Origin: Eledone cirrhosa
Lineage: Eukaryota
Assembly (NCBI GenBank): GCA_964016885.1
Contig: OZ024741.1
Coordinates: 172,484,001 to 172,548,000, forward strand
DNA length: 64,000 nucleotides
Direction of reading: 5' to 3'
The position numbers and the translations under genes were made by a program. The notes under the pieces are model-generated. The model was not told the origin of the DNA. It did no database searches and saw only the letters and a list, made by a program, of their open reading frames with translations. This document shows, one piece after another, positions 14,045 to 29,800 of this stretch. Each line of letters starts with the position of its first letter. Within the stretch, counting starts at the first letter, position 1.

Positions 14045-14989
14045 TGTGTGTACGTGTGTGTGTGCGTGTGTGTGTGTCTGTGTGTATGTGTCTGTCAGTC
14101 TCTGTGTGTGTGTGTGTGTGTGTGTCTATGTTTAGCAAAAATGTGCGTGGGATTGAAAAATGCAAATGAACTTTATCTTGGACAAGAGAGTTAGTAACAC
14201 GTGTTGCGCTACGTTAATTTCCAAGGCCTAGGCATGGCAGCATCAGCAGACTATATACGGTGATACAGTATTATGAAGAAACAAAGACATCAGACCCAGA
14301 GAAAATGTTGCACGATATCGTCCTAAGTTTTGCTCTGCTACTCATGCATTCTGCTCTACCGTGAACATTCTGCAGATGGTTCCATCGTTAGGTCTTGAAA
14401 CATAGGGAGAGGGAGAGAGAGATGTTCCAAATAACAAAAAACATTCTATGCAAAACTTTAGATCAAGCGGACAACTGCAAAGCGACCCTCATCGATCGTA
14501 AAATTTTGAAGTTTTCGGCAGGAAAGTCATTTTTTAAGAAAAAACTTTTTATCTCTTATATAATTTTCTCTTAAATTAAATACTAGTTTAGACTTATTCT
14601 TGGTACTAGAAGGATGAGTGACAATAAATATAATGAGGAAGGCACCTTGCCTTCCCCCATTATATTTATATGTATATACTCTCCTTTCTATCCTTGCTTT
14701 CATATTTCTCCTTGCTCCTCTTTTCTCATTGTATTTGTACAAAAACAAGTACATAGATACAAGGACAAATGAGAGCAAGGAGAAAAAAAGAGAAAAGGAG
14801 AAAAGGGAAGCAAGAAGAAAAGGAGAGCAAGGAGAGCAAGGGGAGCAGGGAGAAAAGGAGAGCTATGAGAGCAATGGAAAAAGGAGAGCATGGAGAGGAA
14901 GGAGAAAAAAAGCAAGCATAGCAATGAGAAAAGGAGAGCAAGGAGAGCAAGGAGAGCAATGAGAAAAGGAGAAAAGGAGAGCAATGAGA

Positions 14990-15415
14990 GCAAGAAGAGG
15001 TTAAGGCAAATATTGCTGAAGTTATGCTGGAAGTAGACAAAGGTGAAGAAGAGGAGGAAGAAAAAAAATCAACTGAAGAGGTACATTCTGCACCAAAATG
15101 ACTTTTCTTCCTTTACAAACATCGAGTTTTCGTCTTTTGTAACTTCTGGTACAAAAACATTTTCTTCACCAGATTTTCTATCACCACCGATTTCCTTCAG
15201 CATGGAAGGATCATCCTGGTTACAAAAGTGGACTTGAAAAAATTGAGAAGACAGTTGTTGTGAATGATGTTTATAAAGAGGTGTCAAACTCATTCAGGAT
15301 TACAATAACATTCTCACAAAAGATGAAACTGAGAAACAATTCGTTTTATAGACCGTTACCGAAAGCCGTAAAAACTACCCAACTGCCACTAAATCCTCTC
15401 TGATGCAAAAATAAT
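14990..15415 (+). pseudogene. C-terminal remnant of a DNA-transposase-like protein (Sola2-like by recall), preceded by an expanded GGAGAGCAA low-complexity tract (14770-14995)
   Basis: Frameshifted translation AWKDHPGYKSGLEKL..VVVNDV..RGVKLIQDYNNILTKDETEKQFVL..SRKNYPTATKSSL resembles the VVND.AERGV.LI.D...TKDE..Q motif. Confidence 0.5.
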
Positions 15416-15541
15416 ATTCAATATTCAGTGTTCAGTGTTCACATTATGTGTTTGATTCTATATAAATTATTGTTGTAAATAAAAATGCGCTGTTCTTATA
15501 GAAGTTGTATGCTTTATTAAGAAAACCTAATATTTCGCAGA

Positions 15542-16545
15542 AGTAACTGCAACTGCCGTTACCCTAATGTATGCCCACTAAATGGACATTGCCTAACACC
15601 CAACATAGTCTATAGGTGCACGGTTAAAACTGCTTCGCAGACCAGCTCATGTATCGGGTCCACTCTAACCCTTTTAAGGTACGCTATAACGCGCACTCTT
15701 TTTCCTTCCGCGACCCTAACAACAGATGTTCGACATCTCTAGCTAGGCTCATTAAAAACCTTAAATTAACCAACATTGAACACTCACTAACATGGGATAT
15801 CTTGGCTAGGGTCCAACCGTTCAATGGACGAAGAAAACCTTGTGAACTCTGTCTTACCGAAACATATTACATAACTCTATTACGACCTCTACCGATTAAC
15901 GATAGAACGGAGGTAACTATTAGCTGTCAACATCGAAGAGCTAATTCCTTCGCCAACAGAATATATGACCCAACATAGACATCTAGCCCCATTTTTACTT
16001 GTAGCTAATAAGTTAAATAGATATAACTAACTTAGATAATTATCAGTTACCTCCCTTACATTGTCTCTCAATTAAAAAATTAAAAAATTAGCACTTAACT
16101 ATAAACTACCCACAATTTCTAATCTCTCGAGGAGTTACTTCCCCTGAAACCACCCTCTAATTATTAAGGTAAATATGTCCATTGGCGGCCATATTGTTAC
16201 CCATAGGAAGATCTCACACAATGCAGCCTCGACAGAAGAATACTGCTCCACTATGGCAGACAATTGATATACCCAGGACACCATAGTGAAATACCAACAT
16301 ATGGAACATTACATTTATGTAACATTCTTTCCTTATTTTAATTTATATTCCTTTTGAAGTTCCGATGAGCTGCTCTATTTCTACCTATGTTAATTATTCT
16401 CAACTGAACCAGATCAATAATGATATATAATCATTTGATCCAGAAATATTATATGGAGTAGCGAAACAATTGTCAACGGACAATATTATTATTAATATTA
16501 TTATTATTATTATTCTCTATATTCCTCACATCAAACTAAAATATG
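15542..16545 (+). mobile_element. Heavily 5'-truncated Naiad PLE: Zn linker + GIY-YIG (to 15978) + 3' UTR with hammerhead
   Basis: CNCRYPNVCPLNGHCLTPNIVYRCTV..IGST / FKVRYNAHSFSF..TSLARLI..WDIL..CELCLTE..INDRTE..CQHRR. Confidence 0.9.
16359..16477 (+). ncRNA. Hammerhead motif, extended stem II, U4>C core change
   Basis: gtt CCGATGA gctgctctat..atggagtagc GAAA caattg TC aac. Confidence 0.75.
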
Positions 16546-16787
16546 TTGATAATCTTTTAATAATGTCTTCATTGTGAAATCTGTGGTCTTGTTTTGCTTA
16601 ACTAATGAATATTTCCAGCTCTGTGTACCTAACCTCTGCATGAACCCAGCCACCTAGCTGCCTTCCACTGCATATTGCACATTGAGCACATGCCTTTACG
16701 TTTTGACTTCTACCAAATTCACCAATTTCTCCTCTCCTATATCCTCTTCTGGAACCATCTCTCTCTTTAAGATTGATTACTCTTGAA

Positions 16788-17732
<945 letters not shown>

Positions 17733-17757
17733 ATATATATATATATATATATAAAAG

Positions 17758-17992
17758 CAAATGAATAAAGGAATTACAAGCCGTTAAAACAAGTTCTTTA
17801 TATAACTCTTACACAGAGAGGGTATGTAAGGAGACGTTAAACTGAGGAAATGATTCTCAAAAGTATCTATACTTATTGATGACATTATATAATCAAAGAT
17901 TTGTCTGGCGAGTCCGTGTGGGCGAAACATGTGTAAGAGTTATATAAAGAACTTGTCTTAACGACTTGTAACTCCATCATTCATTCATTTTC
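17758..17992 (+). mobile_element. Short fold-back PLE-end element with a degenerate hammerhead (17905-17935)
   Basis: Arms ~17760-17815 and ~17930-17990 are reverse complements. CTGGCGA gtcc gtgt gggc GAAA catgtg TA. Confidence 0.65.
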
Positions 17993-18258
17993 TTATTCCT
18001 GCTCTGCTTGAACAATATACTAAATATTAAATCTTCTCTAATATTTAAGTCTGCTAACACAAGCATTGAGCACACTCCGTTTCGGCTATTGGCATTTAGT
18101 AATCTGTATCGCACCTCTCTGTATCTCCCTGCTCCCTCCTTTCCTACGATACTTATACCATATATATATATATATATATATATGTGTGTATGTGTGTGTA
18201 TGTATATATATAAATATATATATATAAATATATATATATATGTGTATATGTGTGTATG

Positions 18259-18330
<72 letters not shown>

Positions 18331-18331
<1 letters not shown>

Positions 18332-18513
18332 TAGAAAATATATAGCATTCACCGTATTTTTAACTAAAGTAATTTTAGCTTGATAACGGGGTTTAGATGA
18401 GTATTGACGTACGTCAATACTCATCTTTTTCCATTTATCTGAGGGTTCTAAACCCCGTTATCAAGCTAAAATTCCTTTAGTAAAAATACGGTGAATGCTA
18501 TATATTTTCTAAT
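18331..18513. repeat. Nested palindrome: ~67-bp arms around a perfect 32-bp palindrome (18395-18426)
   Basis: AGATGAGTATTGACGT|ACGTCAATACTCATCT; arms 18331-18397 and 18447-18513. Confidence 0.9.
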
Positions 18514-18555
18514 TTCAGACTCGCTCACTGTTTCAAAACATACTTACTTGCCATA

Positions 18556-18657
<102 letters not shown>

Positions 18658-18822
18658 TATATATATATATATATATATAAATATATATATAGAAAGATTA
18701 ATACATATTTATAAAACATAAATATAGTAAATGAGTGAAGAATAATATGAATCAGCTGTACAATAGGGTTTAATTAACAAATGTTTCATTAGTCTGTTGT
18801 ATATATATATATATATATATAT

Positions 18823-19347
18823 AATTCGGGCTGTTTGTTTGTTTACAAACAAACAAACCGAGCATTATAATAAATGTTCGGTAAACCGATACGTGCATAT
18901 ATATATATATGTGTGTGCATGTGTGTATATATATATACATACTACTGTACGTCTGTATACATATATGTATGTACGTATACATACATACTTATATTTAAGT
19001 AAGTGCCGTACTAAGAGTGAGAAATGAAATTACGTTTCATTCTATTCCATTTATCGTTTTCGGTGTGCCCGGCCGACTGAACTCACTCGATATGCAAATT
19101 AGGCTGCTCAGCCGTTAATATGCATAAGGAAAGTATATACTTTCAGACGTTCAACCATCTGGCAGGAAGGTATACGATGCTGACGATAGCTAATAAGCTT
19201 GAAACTAGTACATCGTTCCTGTGTCAGTGTTGAACAAAAAGGTGACGTGGTTGCCTAAACACTGTACGGCTTAATTCGGGCTGTTTGTTTGTTTACAAAC
19301 AAACCAAGCATTATAATAAATGTTCGGAAAACCGATACGTGCATATA

Positions 19348-19421
<74 letters not shown>

Positions 19422-19522
19422 CTACTGTACGTCTGTATACATATATGTATGTACGTATACATACATACATACTTACATTTAAGTAAGTGCCGTACTAATG
19501 AAATTTCGTTTCATTCTATTCC

Positions 19523-19525
<3 letters not shown>
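18823..19525 (+). mobile_element. Non-coding hammerhead element family A, ~450-bp unit in tandem (1.5 copies)
   Basis: aattcgggctgtttg recurs at 18823 and 19273. Related copies lie at ~21300-21800, 36597-37040 and 51500-51975. Confidence 0.85.
19174..19216 (+). ncRNA. Minimal type I hammerhead, intact core
   Basis: acgatg CTGACGA t agct aata agct t GAAA ctag TA catcgt (6-bp stem I, palindromic stem III). Confidence 0.88.
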
Positions 19526-19581
<56 letters not shown>

Positions 19582-19819
19582 TAATGTGTCTTTAAAATAG
19601 CGTAGCTTAGCATTAACATTTTCACACATTAACTGAATGAACACTCACTAATGGTCGATACTTTTTTTTATATATCAGTTCTAGTGGGTGTCTTAGAAAA
19701 TCTATTATACATGTTATAACACACTCACTCTACACCTACGCCTACTTAGAAATATTTAAGTCCGATCCCACCACATGACGCAACCAAGCAGAAGACCGAA
19801 GTGACTGCCATTGTTATAC

Positions 19820-19917
<98 letters not shown>

Positions 19918-20164
19918 AATTAAAATACTAGAGTGCGTTGGAGTAAAACACACTCGTCATATTATAGAAATGACAGTATAGGATATAGCTCAATGTATAT
20001 ATATATATATAATATATATATACACTAAAACTATCATCATACGAAGTATTCACAACCTCTAACTGGATTACCTATAACGATATTTTGTTATCACTTATAT
20101 ATATATATAAGTACAATGTATGTATATATATACAGTATATGTATATATACAGTATATCTAGATA

Positions 20165-20230
<66 letters not shown>

Positions 20231-20454
20231 CATATATATCTAGATATACTGTATATATACATATACTGTATATATACATACACACGTATATATATATACG
20301 TATGTATTTATATATGTATGTATGTTTGATTGTATGTACGTACGTTTGTATTTATATATATATATATAAATATATATATGTATGTATATTCATATACATA
20401 TATATATATATTTATATATTCATATATCAATGGAGGTAGAGAGAATTGTAGGTA

Positions 20455-20545
20455 GATAGATAGATAGATAGATAAATTTCTTTATTAGCCACGAGGGCAC
20501 AAAAGAAGGGGACAAATAGAAATGGGAAGTTAACATAGAGGTATA
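20455..20545 (-). mobile_element. LINE 3' end with (CTAT)n tail
   Basis: On the minus strand, ...gtggctaataaagaaatttatctatctatct; polyA-signal-like sequence followed by a tetramer tail. Confidence 0.5.
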
Positions 20546-20759
20546 TGAAAATAAAACTATTAATAAAATAACAAATAACAATTGAAATCCCCAATAGGAG
20601 GGAGGCGTTACACAGGGGTTGTACACACCCCGAAAAAAATATACAACTCTCATCTCCAGGAGCACCGAGAGTTAGTACTCCCTTCCTCTCTTCCTCTTTT
20701 TCCTCAACCTACAGGTTTATATAGAGAGAAGGTCGAAACGCAGATGTTTAAGAATATAG

Positions 20760-20880
20760 TCAGATTGAAACTGCGGTCATACTGGAGCTAAGTCGATCCT
20801 ATCACATCATTACTTTTTTTTTTCAATTCTGATACCTATTCTATTAACCTGTTTTTGTCGAACCGATAATTTAATGGACA
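20760..20880 (-). mobile_element. Degenerate OK-like SINE 3' part
   Basis: actgcggtcatactggagc..tacctattctatt..gtcgaaccg resembles the octopus SINE body as I recall it. Confidence 0.5.
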
Positions 20881-20907
20881 GAAAAAATATTTATGAATTA
20901 TATATAT

Positions 20908-20964
<57 letters not shown>

Positions 20965-20965
20965 A

Positions 20966-21096
<131 letters not shown>

Positions 21097-21299
21097 AATT
21101 TTAGTACAGCATAGACGAAGCTCTAGTATACGGCCAAGCTAGCGTGTATGCTTATTCGGTTTGTAGCTTTAGCACTCATATGAGGTAAGACCCCAGAGTA
21201 TAACATTATGTTCAGACAGCTTAGCAAATTAGATATAGCAGTCGGCAGTCCGACCGCATCACTAGAGCAACGAAAATACAGGACCCAGGTAAATATATA

Positions 21300-21375
21300 T
21301 ATATATATAAGTATGTATACGTACTTACATATATGTATACAGACGTATAGTAGTATGTATATATATACATACATG

Positions 21376-21422
<47 letters not shown>

Positions 21423-21790
21423 GTATGGATTTACCGAACATTTATTATAATGTTCGGTTTGTTTGTAAACAAACATCCCGAATTAAGCCGTACAGTGTTT
21501 AGCAACCATCGTTGCTCTTTTGTTCAACACTGACAAAGGAACGATGTACTAGTTTCAAGCTTATTAGCTATCGTCAGCAGATGATTGAACGTCAGTGTTG
21601 AACAAAAGAGCAACTTTGGTTGCTAAACAGTGTACGGCTTAATTCAGGATGTTTGTTTACAAACAAACCGAGCTTTATAACAAATGTTCGGTAAATCCAT
21701 ACGTACATATATATATGTGTGTGTGCATGTATGTATATATATACATACTACTGTACGTCTGTATACATATATGTATGTACGTATACATAA
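21300..21790. mobile_element. Family A element as a fold-back, with hammerhead at 21541-21579 (-)
   Basis: ~21300-21534 is the reverse complement of ~21591-21785. Minus strand reads tg CTGACGA tagctaataagctt GAAA ctag TA catcgt. Confidence 0.8.
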
Positions 21791-21872
21791 TTATATTTAA
21801 ATTCGTTACATTCTTTTCCGTTTATACATACATACATACATACATACATACATACATACATACATACATACA

Positions 21873-21958
<86 letters not shown>

Positions 21959-22195
21959 CAAAAGTTCTATTTAAAATTGTTGGGATACAACAAGTAAATA
22001 TTTTATACGATATAAATCCATACGTACATATATATATATATATGTGTGTGTGCATGTATGTATATATATACATACTACTGTACGTCTGTATACATATATG
22101 TATGTACGTATACATAATTATATTTAAATTCGTTACATTTTTTTCCGTTTATACATACATACATACATACATACATACATACATACATACATACA

Positions 22196-22265
<70 letters not shown>

Positions 22266-22484
22266 AAAGTTCTATTTAAAATTGTTGGGATACAACAAGT
22301 AAATATTTTATACGATATAAATCCATACGTACATATATATATATATATGTACGTATGTATACATATATGTACGTCTGTATACATATATGTATGTACGTAT
22401 ACATAATTATATTTAAATTCGTTACATTTTTTTCCGTTTATATATACATACATACATACATACATACATACATACATACATACA

Positions 22485-22582
<98 letters not shown>

Positions 22583-22630
22583 AAAGTTCTATTTAAAATT
22601 GTTGGGATACAACAAGTAAATATTTTTATA
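21690..22630 (+). repeat. ~300-bp tandem repeat x3 built from a family A tail, (TACA)n/(TA)n and a family B head
   Basis: caaaagttctatttaaaattgttgggatacaacaag occurs at ~21959, 22264 and 22581. Confidence 0.9.
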
Positions 22631-22687
22631 ACTGATGAAGGCATACCATAATTTAATTTGGCATCCCTGAAATATGTATAATGAAAT
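22623..22687 (+). ncRNA. Hammerhead motif, family B
   Basis: CTGATGA agg..cca..tgg..cct GAAA tatgta TA atgaaat. Stem I is offset by 2 nt. Homologous to 57439-57630. Confidence 0.7.
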
Positions 22688-22785
22688 AAATAAATAAATA
22701 TGGTTTTATAAATATAGTTTCCATTTATTAATATCGTATATATACATACATACATACATATCGTATATATACATACATACATAAG

Positions 22786-22905
22786 CCACGGGTTTCTGCA
22801 GTTTCCATCTACCAAATTTCACCCACAAAGTTTATATTCGAAAACACAGCGTGACTGAACTCAAGACTGCAAGGTAGCGAGGCGAGCTCCTTAACCATAT
22901 GGCCA
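22786..22905 (-). mobile_element. Degenerate OK-like SINE 5' (tRNA head) fragment
   Basis: cagtttccatctaccaaatttcacccacaaag..gactgaactc..cttaaccatatggcc. Confidence 0.6.
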
Positions 22906-23584
22906 GACAAGATACTTGTGCTCACATGTGTATTAATATGAATGTTTGCATGTGTGTGTGCAAGAGTGTTTGTTAGTGTGTAACTGAGTCTTTGTGCCTG
23001 TGTCTGTGTGTGTGTTTGTCTGTGTGTGTTTTTTTAAGCACTATATATGTCACAATAATATATAGACTATTATATGGAAACAAGGCACACAAGTTAACTC
23101 AACTGTCTCCATACTAATGTGCTAATATACATCATATATAAATATTATATTTTCTTTATATACGCAACATACCTTAATTATACACATCTGTATAACATAG
23201 TGCGTAAATCGTGCGCACCTGTATACAGAATATACTGTAGTAAGCACACCACACATTATGGTATATATATATGGCAAACAGAATTCATTAATTCAATACT
23301 ACATATGTTGCTATACATGCTCAATACAATATTGTTATATAAACTAATATATCGACTCCATATTGTTACATAGATAGCATTACCAACGTTATATTATAGT
23401 GTTGCATCAAAATTAAGTTAACAGTGTAACACAGTTTATATTCGTATATGTAGTCATTCATACACACAATGCTATGTATTGAAATATACACCATCACGCT
23501 GATGCTCTACTATAATATGATATATTAGTATCTACACATGGCATACATGTGTATATATATATATATGTGTGTGTGTATATATTC

Positions 23585-23638
<54 letters not shown>

Positions 23639-23650
23639 TATATAGAAATG

Positions 23651-23700
23651 GCTTCTACAGGACTAGAACTGTCTCATTCGGAAGAAATCATCGGGAAAGC
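23651..23700 (-). ncRNA. Degenerate hammerhead, family C
   Basis: gctttc CCGATGA tttc ttcc gaat GAGA cag(8 nt)ctg TA gaagc. The homologue at 42896 carries different core mutations. Confidence 0.6.
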
Positions 23701-23834
23701 CGACTGTCAATGTAATATGGTGGTATTTATACATTTTCTGGTGGAAGGAGAGGGGATTGGAATGGATGGAGGTCATTGGCTGATTGATTGAAAGAAAGGG
23801 GATTCTTTACAAAAAAAGTATATTTAGAGAATAC

Positions 23835-23901
<67 letters not shown>

Positions 23902-23966
23902 TATATATATAACGGCCATGGATTTGTTTTGCGAGGTTTTTGATATGAAATCGTGTGTCGAAACAA

Positions 23967-24383
23967 ATATTGTTATACTTGGGGAGGATCATATTGTTGT
24001 AATAATATTGCCAGAAATAATAACAGAACACACTCACTGTTTGGTTGGTTTTCGCTTCTGTATCTTTTATATCTCCATAGTTAATTAATTTGGTCCTCAA
24101 TGTTTACCATTGACTGACCAACGGTCAAAAATACAGATATAATGTAGATATAAACATATATATATAGTCTAACAAAGTTCTTTCGTTGCTCATGTGTTTA
24201 TATCTATATTATATCTGTATTTTTGACCGTTGGTCAGTCAATGATAAACATTGAGGACGGAATGAATTAACTGTGGAGATATAAAAGATAAAGAAGCGAA
24301 AACCAACCAAAGAGTGAGTGTGTTCTGTTATTATTTCTGGCAATATTATTACAACAATATGACCATCCTCAAGTATAACAATA
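23967..24383. repeat. Fold-back element, ~190-bp arms, between (TA)n tracts
   Basis: 23967-24157 is the reverse complement of ~24194-24383. Confidence 0.9.
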
Positions 24384-24519
24384 TATATATATATATATTA
24401 TATATATCATGCCTTTATTTTTTATTTCATTTGCACCGTTTCCTCTCACCCCCTTTTTGCTAAATGTCTCTCCACCACTCCCCTACACACCCTTTGAACT
24501 CTCTTCCCACACACTTTTC

Positions 24520-24551
24520 ACCTGAAGAAGGGCTTGTGCCCGAAACGTCGT
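24520..24551 (+). ncRNA. Minimal PLE-type hammerhead
   Basis: ac CTGAAGA a gggc ttgt gccc GAAA cg TC gt, followed by an AATAAA-containing tail and (TA)n. Confidence 0.75.
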
Positions 24552-25074
24552 TCCCCACCACCACCCCACTCTCAAGAGCGGAAATTAATAAACATTTGTT
24601 GTACTGCCTCTCAGTTTTGTTCCCGTTCAATATTTCATTATATATATATTATATATATATATATGTGGTGTGTGTGTGTGTGTGTGTGTGTGTGCGTACG
24701 TATGTGAGTATGTATATATGTATAATTAACAAGATGGAGTTTTCAAACAGCAATTTATTGCAATCCTTTACAGTGTTTCTGCACATATGATCCGGTATAT
24801 TTCCCTCACTTTATACATCCCGTGGAGAATATTCCTACATCGGATTTAAACAGCATTTTTCGATCTCTATACACTGCATGGGTTTTTATCGCTTTTATTT
24901 TTTGGGGGGGGTGGAGGGGGGGATTTCTGTCAGATTTGTCTAATAATGGTGAAAAACCCATGTATATAATGCATACATGCGCGAATACTAGTTTTACAAA
25001 CAAATAAATGTGTATCGGATTTGTGTTTTAAGGGGTACAAACACAGAGAGCCATATACGTATGTACAAACAGGG

Positions 25075-25939
<865 letters not shown>

Positions 25940-25944
25940 ATATA

Positions 25945-25979
<35 letters not shown>

Positions 25980-26085
25980 AAAATTAAGATAGATTAAAAG
26001 AATTCCCAAAGATAGATTAAAAAAATTATCTCCTGTGATTTTTCATGTTTATATTTATTTATATATATGTTGATCAATTCCTAGT

Positions 26086-26150
<65 letters not shown>

Positions 26151-26187
26151 TTATTTATTTATTTTATTTATTTATTTATATATTTTT

Positions 26188-26327
<140 letters not shown>

Positions 26328-26427
26328 CAGAGAGAGATGTGTGTACATTTGTGTGTGTGTAAGTGTGTATATGTATGTATATATATATATACATATATAG
26401 ATGTGTGTGAAAGTCTGTATATGCATA

Positions 26428-26549
<122 letters not shown>

Positions 26550-26889
26550 GGGAGAGAGAGAGAGAGAAAGAGAGAGGGGTGGAGGGAACAGCATCACTGG
26601 CTGCTAAACGCGCAATAAAACATCAACATCAAACCTCTATGTGTGCATCTGCAGGCAGCGAACACACGCTCGCATTATTATGCAGTGCCCATAGTCACAT
26701 GCTGATGCATTGCTCATGTCAGTCGGCTGTTTACACAAACGAAATCAGCGTGTAAACGTCACGCTGCTGCAGACAATCTAGCTCTATGCACACCTTATAT
26801 CAGATAGCTCATATATCATTGCACTCTTGTTTGCATATGTCCACATACTGATAGATGCACGTACATGCACACACAGAAATATATAACAC

Positions 26890-29800
26890 ATGTATCTATC
26901 AATACATATATATGTATATGTGTATTATATATGCATATGTATGCAGGTATGTATGCACGTACCTATGTATGTATATATGCATATGTATAAGTTAATACAT
27001 ATATATGTATGTGTGTATTATATATCCATATGTATGCACATATCTATGTATATATGTATATATGTATATATGTATCTATGTATCTATGTATGCACGTATC
27101 TATGTATGTATGTATGCACGTATCTATGTATGTATGTGTGTATCTATGTATCTATGTATGCACGTATCTATGTATGTATCTGTGTATCTATTTATCTATG
27201 TATGCACGTATCTATGTATATATGTATGTATATATGTATCTATGTATGCACTATCTATGTATATATGTATGTATCTATGTATCTATGTATGCACTATCTA
27301 TGTATGTATGTACGTATCTATGTATCTATGTACGCATGTATCTATGTATATATGTATCTATGTATCTATGTATGTATGTGGTGTATCTATGTATCTATGT
27401 ATGCACGTATCTATGTATGAGTGTATCTATGTATCTATGTATACACGTATCTAGGTATGTATGTGTGTATCTATGTATCTATGTATCTATGTGGTGTATC
27501 TATGTATCTATGTATATATGTATGTATCTATGTATCTATGTATGCATGTATCTATGTATCTATGTGTGTATCTATGTATCTATGTATCTATGTATGCACA
27601 TATCTATGTATGTATGTATGTATCTATGTATCTATGTATCTATGTATACACGTATCTAGGTATGTATGTGTGTATCTATGTATCTATGATGTATGTGTGT
27701 ATCTATGTATCTATGTACGCATGTATCTATGTATATATGTATGTATGTGTGTATCTATGTATATATGTATCTATGTATCTATGTATGTATGTGGTGTATC
27801 TATGTATATATGTATCTATGTATCTATGTATGTATGTGTGTATCTATGTATCTATGTATACACGTATCTATGTATGTATGTGGTGTATCTATGTATCTAT
27901 GTACGCATGTATCTATGTATGTATGTGGTGTATCTATGTATCTATGTATATATGTATGTATCTATGTATGAGTGTGTGTATCTATGTATGTATGTATGTA
28001 TGTATTTATCTATGTATGCACGTATCTATGTATGTATGTGGTGTATCTATGTATGCACGTATCTATGTATGTATGAGTGTATCTATTTATCTATGTACGC
28101 ACGTATCTATGTATGAGTGTATGTATCTATGTATGTATCTATGTATGTATGTATCTATGTATCTATGTATGCACGTATCTATGTATATATGAGTGTATCT
28201 ATGTATCTATGTACGCATGTATCTATGTATGTATGTATCTATGTATCTATGTATGCACGTATCTATGTATATATGTATGTATCTATGTATCTACCGGGAG
28301 AGATGTATCTATGTATCTACCGGGAGAGATGACCCCTTAGCCTTTGTCAAGGCAGAATTCTAGGAGAAGGAAAACTCTGATATAGCACCTGCAACCCTGA
28401 TGGTATCCAATGATGTTGACTTGTTCTTCTTTTTGGTAAATATCATCTTGGTTAAGAGAGTGGGACTGGCTTTGTGCAGTGCCTTTGCTCACTATAAAAG
28501 CTTCACGGCACAGGCATTGCTTTATATCTGGAGATCTCTCTGCAGTTGTCCTCACGTGGTACCATGGGCCCAGCACTATGTGTCAATAATTGTCACAAGT
28601 GTAGTGTTTGTACCAGAGTTTTCAAGTCGCTGGTTGGACTAAAAAGTCACACTCGTTCAGTGCATCGGTAAGGGTTCTCCTACATGGGTATAAAGTAGTG
28701 GCCGTACTCGAAAACGAGTTGGCAGCCACCATGTATCTATGTATGCACTTATCTATCTATGTGTGTATCTATGTATCTATGTATGCACGTATCTATGTAT
28801 GTATGTGGTGTATCTATGTATCTATCTTTATATGTATGTATCTATGTATCTATGTATGCATGTATCTATGTATGTATGTGTGTATCTATGTATCTATGTA
28901 TGCACGTATCTATGTATGTATGAGTGTATCTATGTATCTATCTTTATATGTATGTATCTATGTATCTATGTATGCACGTATCTATGTATGTATGTGGTGT
29001 ATCTATGTATCTATCTTTATATGTATGTATCTATGTATCTATGTATGCACGTATATAGGTATGTATGTATGTATCTATGAATCTGTGTATGCACGTATCT
29101 ATGTATGTATGAGTGTATCTATGTATCTATGTATACACGTATCTATGTATGTATGAGGTGTATCTATGTATCTATCTTTATATGTATGTATCTATGTATC
29201 TATGTATGCATGTATCTATGTATGTGTGTATCTATGTATCTATGTATGCACGTATCTATGTATGTATGTATGTATGTATGTATGTATGTATGTATGTATG
29301 TATGTATGTATGTATGTATGTATGTATGTATCTATGTATCTGTGTATACACGTATCTAGGTATGTATGTGTGTATCTATTTATCTATGTACGCACGTATC
29401 TATGTATGAGTGTATGTATCTATGTATCTATGTATGTATGTATGTATGTATGTATCTATGTATCTATGTATGCACGTATCTATGTATATATGTATATATG
29501 TATGTATCTATGTATCTATGTATGCACGTATCTATGTATATATGTATGTATCTATGTATCTATGTATGCACGTATCTATGTATGTATGTGTGTATCTATG
29601 TATCTATGTATGCACGTATCTATGTATGTATGTGGCGTATCAATTTATCTATGTATGCACGTATCTATGTATATATGTATGTATCTATGTATCTATGTAA
29701 GCACGTATCTATGTATGTATGTGTGTATCTATGTATCTATGTATGCACGTATCTATGTATGTGTGAGTGTATCTATTTATCTATGTATGCACGTATCTAT

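Noticed and set aside
20112-20285. Inverted repeat centred on (TA)n
   Set aside because: Real but low-complexity; explained by fold-back at a self-complementary TA tract, with no further signal.
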